DNA of 63,659 bases, the filler included, from Octopus bimaculoides (taxonomy: Eukaryota): assembly GCF_001194135.2 (NCBI RefSeq). It is 6 parts of 6 records of this genome, joined end to end, with 100 filler letters (N's around TTAATTAATTAA, not from the genome) between each part and the next. Parts side by side here need not be neighbours in the genome. Positions count along the whole stretch, not along the records: positions 61,343 to 63,659 come from NC_068995.1; 5 more parts are not named here. One strand, written 5' to 3'. Position 1 is the stretch's first letter. The number at the start of each line of letters is the position of its first letter. The notes below the pieces were generated by a model. The model saw nothing but the letters and a program-made list of their open reading frames with translations, was not told the origin of the DNA and ran no database searches. Below, in pieces: positions 62,190 to 63,659 of this stretch. The translations under genes were made by a program, and so were the position numbers.

Positions 62190-63274
62190 AGAGATTTCGT
62201 CGACGACGACGATGACAACGACGACGACGCCGATGCCGATGATGGCGATTGTGATTATGGTGATTATGATGATGGTGATGATGATGACAATGCCGACGAC
62301 AACGATGGGGATAAGGGTGATGTGATGGCTGTAGTGATGAAGAGGAAGATGATGTTGATGTGGTGGTAGTGGAGGAGGTGGTTGTGGTGGTCGTGTGATG
62401 TTGGTAGTGGCTGTGGTGGCGATGATGGTGTTGTGATAGAAGTGATAGATGGTGGTGGTGATGGTGGTGGGGTCGGGGTTGTGAATGATGAGGGAAATGA
62501 TAATGATCAGGACGACAAGGACGACGACGACCGGCACCACGATGATGACGATGACGACGACGACGACGATGATGATAACGGTGATTGATGAAGATGATAA
62601 TGACGATGGTGTTGATGATTGATGATGATGAAGACGATGGTGATGATAATGATGACGACGAAGATTATAATGATGATGACGATGATTATGATGACGATGA
62701 TGATTGATGATGATGACAACAACGACGACGATGATGATGATGGTGATGATGATGATGATGGTGATGCTGATGATGGTGATTGATAATGAGATAATGATGA
62801 CGACGACAAGGATGACAACCACCACGATGATGGTGGTGGCGGTATTTGTGTTTGTGGGTGTCGTTTTTAAGATGATGATGAGGAGGAGGAAGGGGAGGAG
62901 GATTATGATGATAGTGATGATGATGATGATGATCATGTTGACAATAATGCTGACGCTGACGAGGACGTTGAGGACGTTGATGGTATTGCTGCTGTCGATA
63001 ATAACAATTATGGATTTGATGTAGTGATAGTGGTGGTGGTGGTGATGGAAGGAGAATTGCGGTAGTGGTAGCCGGATGGTGTTGGTGGTGGTGGTGGTGG
63101 TGGTGGTAGGAAGAGGGTTGTTTGTGGTAGGAGCAGTGATGAGGACGATNNNNNNNNNNGTGGTAGGAAGAGGGTTGTTTGTGGTAGGAGCAGTGATGAG
63201 GACGATGATGACTGTGATGTGGACGACAACAGCGACAACGACGGAGTCGACGACAAGGTCGATGTTGATGCACT

Positions 63275-63309
<35 letters not shown>

Positions 63310-63369
63310 GTGATGGTGATGATAATGATGATGATGATGATGATGATGATGAAGATGATGGTGATGATA

Positions 63370-63408
<39 letters not shown>

Positions 63409-63600
63409 GTGATAGCAGTGACGACGACGACGACGATGATGATGATAACGAGGAAGGTGATGGCGAATTTAGCGAGATGGTGTTGTTGGCGAGGTTGATA
63501 ATGATGATGATGATGATGACGATGATGGTGACGAGGATGACGAGGATAACAACGACGATGACGATGGTGATGATGGTGGTGGTGGTTGTGGTGATCGTGG
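62190..63600. repeat. ~1.4-kb compound cryptic trinucleotide field (GAT/GAC/GGT)
   Basis: Direct reading; includes a ~40-bp duplication across the 10-N gap at 63150. Confidence 0.95.
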
Positions 63601-63659
63601 AGATGATTGTAGTATGTATGTATGTATGTATGTATTTGTGTATCTGTGTTTGTCCCCCC

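Noticed and set aside
62157-63498. Long His/Ile/Met/Ser-rich ORFs
   Set aside because: Translations of trinucleotide repeats, open in many frames on both strands.

Overview
AT-rich, repeat-dense animal genomic scaffold with many N gaps. The SINE and microsatellite content suggests an octopod cephalopod; this is inference, not proven. The one confidently identified host gene is a minus-strand spermidine synthase (SRM-like). Four of its internal exons are present at 56962-56809, 54399-54316, 52958-52816 and 49327-49205, with GT-AG boundaries and vertebrate-like lengths and phases. Its normally conserved PTYP loop reads ATYA, and its 5' exons and terminal exon are not identifiable here. A second, unrecognised minus-strand gene model of 4-5 small phase-compatible exons (about 17.4-21.7 kb) may encode a short secreted protein. 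The rest is mostly transposon debris: DD37D, DD41D-like and DD34D Tc1/mariner copies, Penelope-like GIY-YIG retroelement fragments, R4/Dong elements sitting in (TAA)n, RTE/Tx1/CR1 LINE fragments, piggyBac-type and other MITEs, a probable Helitron, and four abundant SINE-like families. The most striking signal is a set of hammerhead-ribozyme motifs from at least two or three unrelated families. One family is carried by a small element with a tRNA-type A/B-box head, an (AAT)n spacer and a minimal type I hammerhead. It recurs three times as fold-back inverted structures (33.5-34.3 kb, 43.25-43.8 kb, 61.75-61.93 kb). There are no CRISPR arrays or rRNA genes and no convincing intact tRNA genes. All calls were made by eye; repeat coordinates are approximate.
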